Source: Eukaryota sp. GEM-RC1 (Eukaryota). Taken from it: DNA of 64,000 nucleotides. A program made the translations under genes and the position numbers. The stretch covers positions 2,976,001 through 3,040,000 of the forward strand of contig JAUFOQ010000002.1 in the NCBI GenBank assembly GCA_040285855.1, in the 5' to 3' direction. Positions 23,963 to 36,725 of this stretch are shown here, in pieces. How positions within the stretch are numbered: position 1 is the first letter of the stretch; each line of letters opens with the position of its first letter. The notes under the pieces were generated by a model. It did no database searches, was not told the DNA's origin, and saw only the letters and a list, made by a program, of their open reading frames with translations.

Positions 23963-25641
23963 ATGACACTTTCGGGACATTCTGCTGCTCCTTCACGCCT
24001 TTCATCTATTGTTGGAGGACTGGCACAAACAGCTGTATCCACCTTCACGGGCAATCAAGGCCTTAATATTATTGAACCACTTATCTTTGAGCAAGATCGT
24101 CCTGGTACATGCGCTGTTAGAGTGCCATCTTTCACATCTGCTTCAACACCAAAACTTGGCCATCATGCCCGATCATCTCCCATCGGTCTTCCTTCTCTCT
24201 CTGAACCCACCGTTATGCGTCACTACGTTCGCCTCAGCCGTAAGAACTACAGCATCGATGATAACATGCTCCCCTCTAGGTAGCTGTACTATGAAATAGT
24301 AAGTTCCTACATCCCCTCTCACACCAGCAATCCTCGTATCAATGAACAAATTGCTCGTCTCCCTGGATTTGCTGACATTCACCCTTATCAACCAGAATCC
24401 ACTGTCAAGGGAGCCAAGGAAGCTTTAGCTGAATTAGGAGGGTTTCTACTTGAAATTACTGGCATGTCTGGTGTCACTCTGGCTCCTAAAGCTGGTGCCC
24501 ATGGAGAACACACTGGTTTAATGGCCATTCGAGCTGCTCATATCAAAAGCGGACAAGATCAACAACGGCGTGTATGTCTCTGCCTAGACTCTGCCCATGG
24601 TACTAACCCCGCTACTAGTGCTCAGGTTGGATATAAGGTCGTTACTGTGAAATCTCTAGCTGATGGAAGTATTGATATGAATGATCTCAAGTCAAAGCTG
24701 AATGAAGAAGTTGCCTGTATCATGATCACAAATCCATCAACTATTGGTTTGTTTGAAACTAATTTCAAAGAAGTTTCTGATTTAGTTCATAAGGCCGGGT
24801 TTGTTCTCCTTTCCCTTCCTCTCACCTCAGTGGCTATGTTTACATGGATGGAGCCAATCTAAACGCTATTCTAGGCCGTGTTCGTCCCGCTGATCTAGGT
24901 GTAGACGCGATGCACTTCAATCTCCACAAGACAATGTCCACACCTCATGGAGGTGGTGGGCAAGGATCTGGGCCAGTTGTGTTCTCTCCTGTGCTTACCC
25001 CATTCATGCCATGTCCTGCTGTTGTTCGACAATCAGACCTTGATCCTGAGCTATCGAGAACTCTTCCTAGTGCTAAGATTGATGGAATTCGTTATTGCAC
25101 TCTTGATAACCATCATGTGCCTGAATCAATAGGTGAGATTGGAGGTTTCCATGGTAACTTTGGTATCTGTATGAGAGCTTTAGGTTGGTTAAAGGCGATG
25201 GGAAGAGAGGGTCTGTCAAAAGCTTCTGGTGATGCCGTTCTCAATGCACGATATCTCTTCCATCATTTAAAGGACACCCTGAGCGCTCCTTATAGAGAAC
25301 AACCTTGTATGCACGAAGCCTTGTTCGACGACACTTGGTTGAAGGGAACTGGTGTTTCTACCATGGATGTAGCTAAGACACTGATAGATGAAGGTTTCCA
25401 CCCTCCCACTGTGTATTTCCCAATGGTTGTAAGTGGTGCAATGTTGGTTGAACCTACTGGAAACTGAGAACAAGGCGACGTTAGATCAGTATATTAAAAC
25501 TATGAAAAAGGTAGCACATGGAGTTAAGAATTCAGCAGAGTTTAGAGAGCAGGCTAAGAACGCCCCCATTATGCTCCTATTAGGAGAGCGGACGAACTGG
25601 GTGCAGCTAAGAATCCAGTCCTACGTTACACAAAGAAATAA
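23963..25641 (+). CDS. gcvPB: Glycine dehydrogenase (glycine cleavage P protein) subunit 2; introns 24299-24327 and 24799-24830; several frameshifts
   Basis: EPLIFE, RHYVRLSRKNY, PLGSCTMKYNP after splicing, AGAHGE, SAHGTNPA, YMDGAN, PLP-lysine motif NLHKT, PHGGGG, VEPTETE. Confidence 0.9.
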
Positions 25642-26884
25642 TATACAATGGAGAGATTTTAATAAAGTTGGTGTATATTGATGTTTTGGTTGTGTTTTGC
25701 TTTTGGTTGGGAAACTTTGACATAAAGACTAGAGTAAAGTTGAATTGGATCTCGCGGTTGCAGTCTCCAAATTTAACTAGATTTTGCAGTTGATTAATGC
25801 TAAGTATACTAGTAGTTTTGTGAAATATACACTGTCTTGATTTTCCAAAATACAAAAGAAACTATTGGCAAAATAGAGGTTCAAAGTAAATTGCAAATTT
25901 ATTCAGTGAGACGTCTGTATTCTTTACAACAATTAGTCTGAATTCTTAATTAGTCTGAATCTCTCATTAACCTATTGTGCAAAATATTGTCCCAAGAAAT
26001 GTGGTGGCAGAAGTATTTGGTAACTAAATGCTGATTAGATAATGGTATGTGTGCGGAGAGTCATTCCATTTCTGGCCCATATTTTGCTGAAGAGGTTCAT
26101 TATTGTTTGACCACTTTAAAAGGGTCCGCCAACTTTGAATAGTACTAGTATTCATTCTGTTTTTGGATAAATATGTTTATTGACAACAACACTACAGAAC
26201 TTATTCAATACATATCTTCAAATTTTGTTTCTGGACAAGGTTGAATTGACATGGACAGTTCTTATCGTACAATTGCCACAGATCAGTATAAAAAAAGACA
26301 GTTTATTGATGGAGGGTACAAAAATACATATCATAATAAAAGCTATGAAACACTAGACACCGAAAATTCCTGGTCAACAGTACAGATCAGTATTGTTTCT
26401 GGATTTCCTCAATATTCAACAACTAATGAAGGTGTCTTTCATGAAAGAAGTTCAAGAGATAGAACAAAACATATAAGAAGACATCCATTACAGTTTCATT
26501 GTTTGAAACATCTGTGTATTCTAATTTATAATATACTAGTATTCTATTTTATGAAACAACCTAAACTGCTGATCGATCCTCAAAGAACTAACACATATTA
26601 CAAATTGAATCAAAGACATCATAACATTAGGTATTTGCCTTCAACAGGACTCTTGCTGTTATTTTCTCGTGAGTGGCTCACGAAATATAATGACAATGAA
26701 CTGAATTTTTGTAATAAATACTCAACATCTGTTTTGGATTGTCTATTTGTTCTTATGGTATACCCTCACAATTGAACCGTGTTTGGGCTCATCAGGCTAA
26801 GGAAGCACTCAACGTCATTTGGTTCTCTGAAGACTACCAGTTACAAATGCTTTTTGTTTGAACAATAATCATCTCACCAAAGTC

Positions 26885-28393
26885 CCGAGACTGACAACAA
26901 TATATTGCAATAGTATTGCTACAAAATTTTGGGGTCCAATCAATAATTGGTGTTGGTCCAATAAATTGGTTCAATAAAATCCAACTTAACACATATGAAA
27001 GTGCCAAAAGTTTAGATCAAATTTTACTACATATTTAAAGTTATTGACTCACACTGATTACGTTGTAATATTTGAATCAGGGATGCCGAAAAATATACTG
27101 TAGTGCAATATACTGCAATAAATATTATTACAATACAGATTGTGTCTGTTCCACTAGTACAATATATTTATTGCAAGACTGAAGTTATTGCAATATTTAG
27201 ACTCGTGTAATTAACAGAAGAAGTTGGTTATTGTGTTCTTAGACTTTGAGAGATAGTAGAGTATGAGAATATACCAACTTACGAAGATCCAAAGAGACAT
27301 GATGATCAGAAATCTTTATGACTTCATGGCAAAACCCCAATGCAAAAGTATTGTCTGATCTTTTTTTATTGGAAACCCCCATCACCTTAAAGGTAACGTT
27401 GAAGGTAAAGTCCCATATCCCCGAATCTTTATAAGGTGAGCTCTTACTACTTTACAACTACAACAAGCAACATTGATGATACTTGTTACTAACAAGTAAA
27501 GAAAAGTGAGGAATTCGATGTTTATGAACCAAACACAGGAACTATTCTAAAACCTTTGGCTAACATTGAGACGAGAACACCATCAAATCCGTCATTTGTC
27601 ATTGTCCTTATATCCAAATATAATCAACAACTGACAATAATGATTCGCAGTTTAAAGTTTAAACACGTGATCTGTTTCTGTGTTGTTGTATTTAATTTGT
27701 AGTTTACTCTTACTTCATAAACAGATCAGCTTCGCACATGTACATGTATTTGCTTCCACCAAGAATAAAACTTTCTGCTTAATAATTAATTTGTAATCAC
27801 GCTCAATTTACTTACAGGAACGAGAAACGTTACATGTAGTTCATTGTAGAACAATTTATAATCTCTGAAGAGTATTGGGAATATTGCAATATGTGGCAAT
27901 ATATTTATTGTAACGGGCGACAATATCAATATATTTATTGCAATATTCGCAAACCACAATATATTTATTGTAATATTGAAAACGTACAATATATATTCCA
28001 ATCTATTTTTCGGCATCCCTGATTTGAATTCAAAATTACAACAAAAACATCTTCAATCACGGAGCAAAAGATTCAGCAATTGCAGTTACTAGTAGCTTAT
28101 TTTTGTCTACCCATTAATGAAACAAATGAAGCAGAAACTGGTTCAAGGGATGTTGGTGCTTATGACACTTTACTTTGATCAAGTCAATTTTCATAAATGT
28201 ACACCTTGAAGAATACTGAAAGAATTAATCTTCAAAAAGTTGGCACAGTTTACAACAAAGAATTATTGCCAATATACTAGTAGTAGTACATTGTATTGTT
28301 ATTGGAACATTATTGGAAAACGGTGTTGCAAAAAATAACAACTACTGTCAATACCAATTTATTGCAAAACCAATAAAGGGTTGCCAGTCCCTG
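26885..28393. mobile_element. Older TIR element hosting a nested hAT insertion
   Basis: Ends ccgagactgacaac / gttgccagtccctg. Flanking direct repeat accaaagt(c). Confidence 0.65.
27078..28021. mobile_element. Non-autonomous hAT element, family D
   Basis: Perfect TIR cagggatgccgaaaaata. Perfect TSD atttgaat (27070-27077, 28022-28029). A related end occurs at 43341. Confidence 0.92.
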
Positions 28394-28548
28394 ACCAAAG
28401 TCTAAGACTGTCTTTTCTCATATATGTAAACGATATAAGCTAATTCTGTTTGATTTATTCCAGATATAATGTCATTCATAAACAACTGAGAATTCAGACA
28501 CTAAAGGCAGTTATCCTCAAAGGATCGTGGATGATCGAACATTGTCAA

Positions 28549-29139
28549 TTAGAGGTCATCTTCACCAGCATCACCTCCTTGGGATTTCATTGAACGCTTC
28601 TTGACACGTCCAAATTTGTTTCCGGTAAGTGGGGAAGTATAAGAGATTTCTATGTGTTCTTGACTGTCTGTTCGGACCATGAAGGATGGAACATTCACAA
28701 GTTGTTTTCCGACACGAATGTGACGACCGAAAACCAAAACACGGGCATGGTGGATGGATTTAGCTAAACCCTTTCTGAAGCACAAAGTTTGGAGTCTACG
28801 TTCCAACAAATCCTCAAGCTTGAGAGCAAGAACGTAATCGAGTTGCATTTTGTCCTGAGGAAGGATACCTAAACGGTTAAGTCTTCGAAGAAGAGCGGCT
28901 CCTTCAAAAATACGCTTGGGATCGTTTTCCTCAAGAGTGAGTAGCATACGGGCAGTTTTACGGATTTTGGCCAAGGTGAACTTGACACGCCAGACTTCGC
29001 GTTTGCATCGGAGACCATACTCTCCGACCAACTTTAATTCACTCATGATACGTTCCTTTTCATAAGGACGACGAGGGGTGTGTGAGGTCTTTCGGACTAA
29101 CGATTAGCTGGGTGGAGAGAACAAACAGTTAGGACGCAT
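28549..29139 (-). CDS. RPS9: 40S ribosomal protein S9 (uS4) with a 30-nt intron (29097-29126)
   Basis: Spliced start [48 protein letters not shown]. Confidence 0.97.
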
Positions 29140-29614
29140 TTTTGCAGCTAGAAAAGGAGTGTCTTGTCTTGCTGAATTTTATTGGTGCTCGATCCATTAG
29201 CACAACCTCCATCCTTACAAATCTCCATCTGTCCTCAGTTCCTGTGACTCTTTTTACTTTTGGTAACTATAAATGTAGGTTGGTTATCATGTTTTCTCTT
29301 CTGATTGAGTTCGCTAACTTATCAATTTCTATCTGTTTTTAGATACATATCCTGTCGACGTCGATTTGATTTGGTATGCCTGTCAATCTTTGAGTTTTTG
29401 CTATAATCTCATATGGTTTCAATTCAGTCATTTGCATCGCCAGCTTGGGTGACACTTTTCATCAATCACTATTGACCGAATTTATTTGACTGATTCATCT
29501 AGATCTGAACACATAAATATTTTGCAACTTTAATAATTCATAATCGCTATAATAGCCAATTCATTGTTTTCTTTGCATTAGTTTAAGTTACATGTACTAG
29601 AATAATTGCGAGAC

Positions 29615-30219
29615 TTATTCAAAATCACTATCAGAATCTATTTTAGCCTTCTTTGTGGGTTTCTTTGTGCCTCCACGAGTTGTCTTTGTAGTAGTTTTAG
29701 TCGTAGACTTAGCTGTAGATTTAGTCGTCTTTGTCTTCGGTTTGGCTGTAGATTTGGCTTTTGTAGTGGATTTTGTGGCTGCTTTAGTTTTAGTTTTCTT
29801 TGGTTCCTCTTCCTCTTCGAACACTAGAGGTTCTTCATCGTCAAATTTGAATTCAAAATCACCTTCAATCTGTTCTGAGTCAAAATGTTACCAGTATATG
29901 TACAATCTAGAAAACTGTTCATGACTGCTTCAATTTTGGCGTCAGTTCCTCCAACATTAAGCAGCAGCAAGGAACGACAAGGAACAATCTTACTACTGTA
30001 CATATGACCTTTTACATCCAGAAGAATATCTGATTTTGATACTTTCAGTCGACCAATACATCCAATATCACCACTGACTGTAAAAGAGTTATCTTCAATT
30101 TGAACAATTGATGAAGTGTCAGAAAGTTTTCCAAGAACAAGATTCATCTCAGAGCTGTTTTTTGACTCCTTAGAAACGGGTTTCTTTGAAGTGGAAGCCT
30201 TAGGAGAAGGTGATGACAT
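29615..30219 (-). CDS. BIN4/MIDGET-like topoisomerase VI accessory protein with Lys-rich tail (frameshift near 29870)
   Basis: SGDIGCIGR...LLDVKGHMYSSKIVPCRS...GGTDAKIEAVMNSF matches the conserved BIN4 block as I recall it. Confidence 0.7.
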
Positions 30220-30275
30220 GGTATAGGTAAGAAGGAGGATTGACGTTCAGAATCTGGAAAAACTTGACTAACCAA

Positions 30276-30641
30276 ATGTTTGTTCAAACATCTGATCATC
30301 AAACATACTCTGTCGACCCCCATCTTTCACAGTATTTTGGTTTCTCTCAAGAGTCGTCTGAGCCTATAGTTGTTTCTTTTGATTCGCCTGTACTGAAACA
30401 TATTCTCAAATTTCTTCGTTGGTTTCAACTCCGTAGTGGACTATGTTACACTGGATCAGTTGCTTCATTTTACAAAGAATTTCTTGACATCGACATCTCT
30501 TTTGCTACCTCTTTGCTGGAAGCTGCTCTGGAACTACATATAGAACCTCTGATTGAGCTGTTAAGTGAGGATCTACGCAAGAACATCGAAAACAACAGTG
30601 TCAAAAGAATTGATCAACTGTTGGACACCAAACAAACCTGA
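30276..30641 (+). CDS. Skp1-like POZ protein
   Basis: FVQTSD, VLKHILKF, EFLDID...LLEAALELHIEPLIEL. Confidence 0.65.
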   Translation: MFVQTSDHQTYSVDPHLSQYFGFSQESSEPIVVSFDSPVLKHILKFLRWFQLRSGLCYTGSVASFYKEFLDIDISFATSLLEAALELHIEPLIELLSEDLRKNIENNSVKRIDQLLDTKQT

Positions 30642-30805
30642 ACTATTTTTACGTTTTCCATCTACTAGTAGATAATGCTGCGGATCAAATGCAGTTCAAC
30701 ATGACATGTTCGTCTTTGGACTTCTTTTATATTTTTACTTGCAAAATTCTGTATAAATTCTTAGAACTGCATCTCAGACACTGATATACAACAACATTTC
30801 AGGTC

Positions 30806-31764
30806 TTGAAACTTGTCTTCACTCAATGGTTTCAAAGTGTACAATGTACATACACTTCTCCAGTGATATCTACTAATACAGATCATGCAATATCGTATTT
30901 TCGTCAGCAATGTGATACCCGTTATCAATGGAATCTCTTCGGGTCTATTCCCTGTATCTCTCAAGCAAGCATTTGTTTATCATCATCTCATCGAATTTCG
31001 TTGAATCCTTTCAAGAACCACTTCTTCAACTTCATTCTTCTCCGATATCTGGTAATGCTTCCCTCATCACGTCTACATCTCTTCCCAACCATTTCTCATC
31101 TTTTTCACTATGTCAGTTGTCATTTGATCACTTTCTGTTGGGTGGAATAATTTCCAATAAACTAGTTCTGTTCTCCCTTTGTACTCCAATCACCAATCAT
31201 TCCTTTGATCCTTTCCTGGTGTCCAATGCCCCTCCTCGTACATCTCTCTCCGTACTGTCTTCCTTTGATGGTGGTACTGCTATAGTGGCCAGCATCAACG
31301 TCGTCTTTCTGTACAAAGTAAATCAGTCTGCTTTCTTTACGTCTCCCACTGCATCTTTCAAAGTAAATGGAAGAATTCAACAGTTAGCAATCAATCCTAA
31401 TCCTAAATTATCACACATAATTTCAATTCTCTACACGAAAAAAGATCAATCATATTTGATTCTATTCGACTTGGCACGAATTAGCCGTGTTTTAAAGGCT
31501 CCATTGTCCCCTATAAACTTTATTACTCTCAATCCCTTCAAAACAACTCTCTTTGCTGCTTGTCAGGGTTCCAATCTCCAGGTTTGGTCATTCCGTCAAC
31601 TCCAACAACCCTTGTTCAAGACCTCCCTGGGTACTTCGATCACATCAGCTGCATGGCTTAAGAACGAAGTGGCATTGGTCGTAGGAACTGAAGAAGGAGA
31701 TGTTGTTGTGGTAGAGTTTGACAAGAGTTCTCGGGGATGGTGGTCACTCCTTATCCTGAACTAA
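30806..31764 (+). CDS. WD40/beta-propeller-like protein (frameshifted; ends approximate)
   Basis: IQQLAINP, LILFDL, LQVWS, ITSAAW, LVVGTEEGDVVV. Confidence 0.5.
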
Positions 31765-32849
31765 GGTGTGAAAGGGGAGGAGTTGGATGGGTGGATGTGA
31801 TAGAGAGGGAAAAGGGGGTTGAAGTATGTAGTAGCTCTCGGTATGAGTTGTATTCGACTTTTTTGAGTTAACGATTTCTATTGATTTTTTAAGTGTATTA
31901 TAAAAACAGTTTTTTTAGATTTTAGCTTCAGTAGACATCACGTCAGATAAACTGAAAAGTTCGTGATTTAAAAAAATATACAGTTGTATATCAAAAATAA
32001 TTCAACATGAAGATTTTACAAATTCTTTATGAAAGTTCTTGTAAGGAACAGAAGAACAAAGATTTACACACAAAAAAGACCTGAATTGTGGGGGCTGGTG
32101 CAGATACAACGGGTGCAGAAGCATTATGGAAAGATCTCAGTCCATTGGAGGTAAATTGATGAGGGTGATGTTGATAACTAAGTTCAGGAGGAGGAGTATA
32201 TTGTGGAGGTGCACTAGGAACATGAATTTCAGGAACATCAGAAAGATTGATACGGATTTAAACTTGGAAAAGCAGGAGGAGGGCGAGCTGTTGGATTGTA
32301 ACTGTAAGGATTTGAGTCTTGGTACGTAAGCTGAGAAGGATCAGTTACATGTGTTTCTATTCAGTTCAGTGTATGCTCGGAGAACGATTCATCGCGTCAA
32401 CGTTTTACATTTTTCAATGTGTCAGATTTTTGACTCTATTTTTTTAGAAGCACACTTCATGACATGACTTCTAAAACATGGAATGTAATCTGATTCGTCT
32501 TGAGATATATATGGAATTAAGTTCATTGAATCAGATCTCTCTAAAAAGAACGACTACACTAGCTGCAAAAACCGATTATACTTTGCTAGTCAATGACCTA
32601 CTGTTCTACTTCATTAAAATGAAGGACATGCCCACCACTCAATAAAAACGGATTAACTTACTAGAAAAGATGGATGGAAAATGTCCGTTTTCTAAACGAG
32701 TTCTTTTTAATCATCTGAGTTTTTTCAAAAAAAAGATCCGATCCGAATGATATAAACAGAAATTCAAAACCAAACAAGAAAGATCTGCAGGTTCAATCAT
32801 GACTTTTGAAGAAATCCGATTCACCATCAAAAAATGATCAAAAACCCCA

Positions 32850-33700
32850 TCACTTACCTTCACTCTTTTTAATGTTCGCGTAGTAAAGAAACAACCAGTG
32901 AGAGTAAACACCTGTAGAAACAAAGAGATGAAACAAAACATGAGAATGGAGAACAGAGAAAAACATTCGTAGACACTTTTTTTGAGATCTAAAGAAGAAT
33001 CGCTCAGGGATTCGTCCGACATAAATTAAAATCCCAACGAAATAAGAAACCAATTGACAGCATCCAAAAACCAAGTTAAAGTAGTAAAAGAAACACTTGT
33101 GTGAGTCAGAGAAAATACCACAACTACAGGGAGAAAAGTAGCCTGGAGACTGAATACAAGAGTCCGAACAAAAGCCTTTGAAGGTGATGAAAAACAGGGA
33201 AATAAAAGGAAAATAAGAGGAATAACACCAAGAATTAAACAGATAATTGTGAATACGTTTGTGAAAGAAGGCCCATAGACAAGACGTATATAGGAAAAAG
33301 TTGTGGCAGTAATATGAAAAGAAATCGATGCAATATCAACTTTGACAAGAGTAAAATAACACGAATGTGAAACACAATTAAACCAGTGAAACACTGTGCT
33401 AGATATAAACACCAGGCATCCACTAACAAAATAGGATATGTTGGGGGTTGTCCAGTCGAGAGGACAAAGTCCAAGTGCAAGATAAAGAAAACCGAAAAGA
33501 GAAATGAGGTGGCTCCAGATGTTGAAGGTCTGATTAGTTAAGGTAAATATAGAACAGAATGAAGCATGCAAGTTATAATTCAAACGATATAGAGCAGTAA
33601 TATACTGATTGCCCTGGAGGTACGAAGGTGCACAATCATAAGAGTGAGAGCCTTCTCCTTCAGGAGAAGTTCCATTTGTACGGAATGAGATGAGATTCGA
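32850..33700 (-). CDS. PAQR/haemolysin-III family membrane protein (frameshift near 33035; start uncertain)
   Basis: PSYLQGNQYI..YR, NQTFNIWSH, STVFHWFNC, KVDIASIS, IPERFF, HSHVLFHLFV. Confidence 0.85.
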
Positions 33701-33844
33701 AGATCAAAAAAATTAAGATAGGTTTAAGTCATTATCATAAAACGATGTCACATATACACTTCCCAGATCCAAGCCTAAAGCGACCCAAATGCTCATTTAT
33801 ATATCAATTTTTCATTAAATGAAAGAATATGAAGTGCAAAAAAA

Positions 33845-33868
33845 TGGAGGAGCAGGGTTTTGATCCCC

Positions 33869-33912
<44 letters not shown>

Positions 33913-33917
33913 CCCCC
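33845..33917 (-). tRNA. tRNA-Ala(AGC)
   Basis: 73-nt cloverleaf GGGGGTGTAGCTCAATTGGTAGAGC...TTAGCAT...CTCCTCCA. G3:U70 identity pair. Followed by a poly-T terminator. Confidence 0.95.
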
Positions 33918-34555
33918 GAAGTTGTTTGCTATTCACAGCCACTGTTTCTATAGATATGTCATTTGACGCATACAACTGTTCGAATCAGTTTTCATGAAGT
34001 TGTATAAGAACTGTGGTGGTGTTGACGAGGAATTTTCTGTGTCTTTTGTTTCATAGCTTATTTTGATAAGTATTTTTGTCCCCTAAAACTTTTTTTGCGT
34101 TGTTTCGTTCAATGCACAGATATTTTAATTCAATTTTAGGTAAGTTGTTCGGTGATGGACAGAAGGATCATAGTTTAGATACTTTAGTTAGTGTCTGTTA
34201 GTTATTAACTTCTGCAAATGCATTTATTTCACTGATTGATCATAAAGGCCGTTTTTCAATAAACAACTGTTATTGTAGCAAGCAATGTCAAACATGGTGA
34301 ATAGGAATTAACGATACTATGCCCACGTCCTGTTGATGTCTCATTTTACTGTCGTTTAGGAAAAGGTGTATCGAACTGGTAAAAGAGGATTATCAAAACG
34401 CTTTCTGTTGTTGTCAAAAAAAACAGATTTAAGTGCTGAGACAAACGGACAGGAACGACTAGTAAATATAAATAAAGGCTATATAAAATGTCGAAAGACG
34501 GAATCTCCTTACAGAAAATGAAGTCGTGTGGAATTGGTCTTAGTATCGATACATA

Positions 34556-34650
34556 CAGTCTACCCTCTAAAAAGTGACACCCCAGCGGCAGTCACTATAT
34601 CGAGGGTGTCACTGATCAGAAATGTCACTATTCAGAGGGCAGACCCTGAC
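34556..34650. mobile_element. Pogo/Tc1-like MITE end
   Basis: TA followed by cagtctaccctc, with internal inverted gagggcagac. The same terminus occurs at 38986. Confidence 0.5.
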
Positions 34651-34859
34651 TGGACTTATAATTTGCTTTCACAAATTCATATTTTCGTGTCCATTTTGGA
34701 CCGATTACCGTTAATTCAAAACTGGTACTAGTATTATTATTTTTTGTTTTGATGACATTGAGTATTAGATCATTTTTTTTATATTTTCGAATAAATGTAC
34801 GAATATTAAAATAAATTATTAGTACTGTAATTTATGAAATATCATATTCCATATTTGTG

Positions 34860-34992
34860 TTCCAACCATTTGCTGCTTTTCTGTTTGGATCGGGTGAACA
34901 ATTTTTCAAGGATTTTGTAGAACTTTGTGAAGAAGAAAAGCACAAGTTTAGAACGTCTGAATGGAAAAACCGTATTGTGTTTTCCATTACTC
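34860..34992 (+). pseudogene. RLE-type non-LTR C-terminal fragment
   Basis: Translates QPFAAFLFGSGEQFFKDFVELC..WKNRIVFSI, similar to the other copies. Confidence 0.55.
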
Positions 34993-35107
34993 GCAAAATC
35001 GAATAGTTGAGACACTGTACATGTACAAGTTTGGTATAGAAGTTAATGTTGAAAAACGTAATCTATTAACGGATAGGGATGAAATCGTTTGGATCTAGTC
35101 TTAGTTG

Positions 35108-35753
35108 CGGGCCCCTCATAAATAAAGATATTTTCTATCTATTTACATTTATTTCTATTTATATGTATTTTTGTCACTTTTTCACGATCATGCAAATAAA
35201 ACAAAATACTAGTATATATAAATATAAATTAAACGTCGAAAAGTAAACTTCATTGATCTATATAATACATCGGTTAATTTAGTGCTCAAGATTGTTGATT
35301 GACTGGAAACATGATGTGTGAAATACTGGAGCTCAGCCCAGAATCAAAGTCAAGTCATTTCTCCTCAAACTTTGCGAGCCTGACCGACGCAGACGAGCCT
35401 TTACCTGTGTTCTAAGCCGGAGTCACAACTATATCCGGGCATATGATCAGTGAACTAATTCTCATGGTCGTTCACGATGCCGAATATTGAAATATATGCT
35501 GAAGATCCACAAATAGCGACACAATTAGAGCAATTATACGAAGCAGAAAGTCAACTAACCCTTTTCGACAAGAAAGGGATGATCAAATGGATTGTGTAAT
35601 CATCAATTGTGACCGAGAGAAACTGTACTAATAAAATGTTTTGTTTTGATTTGGGTTTTACAATGTATTTTGTTTCAATTATATGTATTTTACATTTATT
35701 TTTGGCACTTTTTGATGTTCAAATTATTTTAAATTATCTTATGAGAAGACCTG
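35108..35753 (+). mobile_element. hAT-type MITE, family A
   Basis: Colinear with 43597-44253. Flanks cttagttg / cttagtgg. Confidence 0.8.
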
Positions 35754-36725
35754 CTTAGTGGTACTTGTATGTGTTTCTTTCGACAAATTCATATTTACGT
35801 AGGTATGTCAAACTTCGGTCAAAAATTTCTCACATCTTTTGGCAAATTGTGTAACCAATATGGCAAGAATTTTAAAGAAAGTTACTGGAGAGGAAAGTTG
35901 TCATTTTCCCTTTTCAATGAATTGTTTCTGTTTTTGATTCGATTTTGAACCGTCGCTTAAAATTCGGACATGAATTTGCGATGATGTAAAGTGTTGGTAT
36001 CTCACTTGTTAATATTGACGATAGTCTTTATTTGTGACATTATATAAGATGCGTTATTTATTATGCCATACAATGAAAGACAATCGTATTATGTCGTCGT
36101 GAATTTGTAGCATCACTGGGTGTACAGTACGTACTTTTAAATAATAGCGATATTTAGTGTTTTGTTTTCCAAATAGCTCAGCAGAAATCAGTCGAATTCA
36201 CTAATCTTCAAAGCATTTCAAATATTGAACTATTTAACACTGATACGTTCAGTCATTTTCTGTTTCTCAATTATAAACTGGGTCAAAATAGTAGAGTCTA
36301 ATAAAAGACTTTGAATTGGAATAATTTTGGATTGTAATACTGAAGATAAAATAAGATGAAACTTAAGGAAATTGTCATACAGTTTACATTAAACTACCAC
36401 CACCCTGGATTTACGGTGTGCAGCAAAAGCGGCACCAATTCCAGGGCGAACTATAAACTTCTACCACCAAAAGTTTAAACAACAAATGTGTTGGTCGATT
36501 GGAACAGCTCTACGAAATGCAGAACAAATTTCACGCATGGTGTTTGTCTGAGATGTTTAGAGTGGGATTATGCGTCTTAAGTGATGTTTTTCAGCCAAGA
36601 GCAATGCAAGAGCAACATGGACATGACACGTCATTCATTGTTGTTCACTTTTCCATTTTGACAACGCATCACTGGTCACCATGTGGTCTTCTACTGCAAA
36701 CTGTCTTCCCAACTAATCTTTTCAA

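Noticed and set aside
25950..26800. Possible decayed integrase (SWSTVQISIVSGFP, SGPYF)
   Set aside because: Only scattered weak motifs; no DDE triad or LTRs are traceable.
32040..32330. Possible decayed Merlin/ISXO2-like transposase (EALWK, LWR)
   Set aside because: Too degenerate, and no termini were found.
33855..33872. tRNA T-loop reading GATC rather than GTTC
   Set aside because: A54 is common in eukaryotic cytosolic tRNA-Ala.
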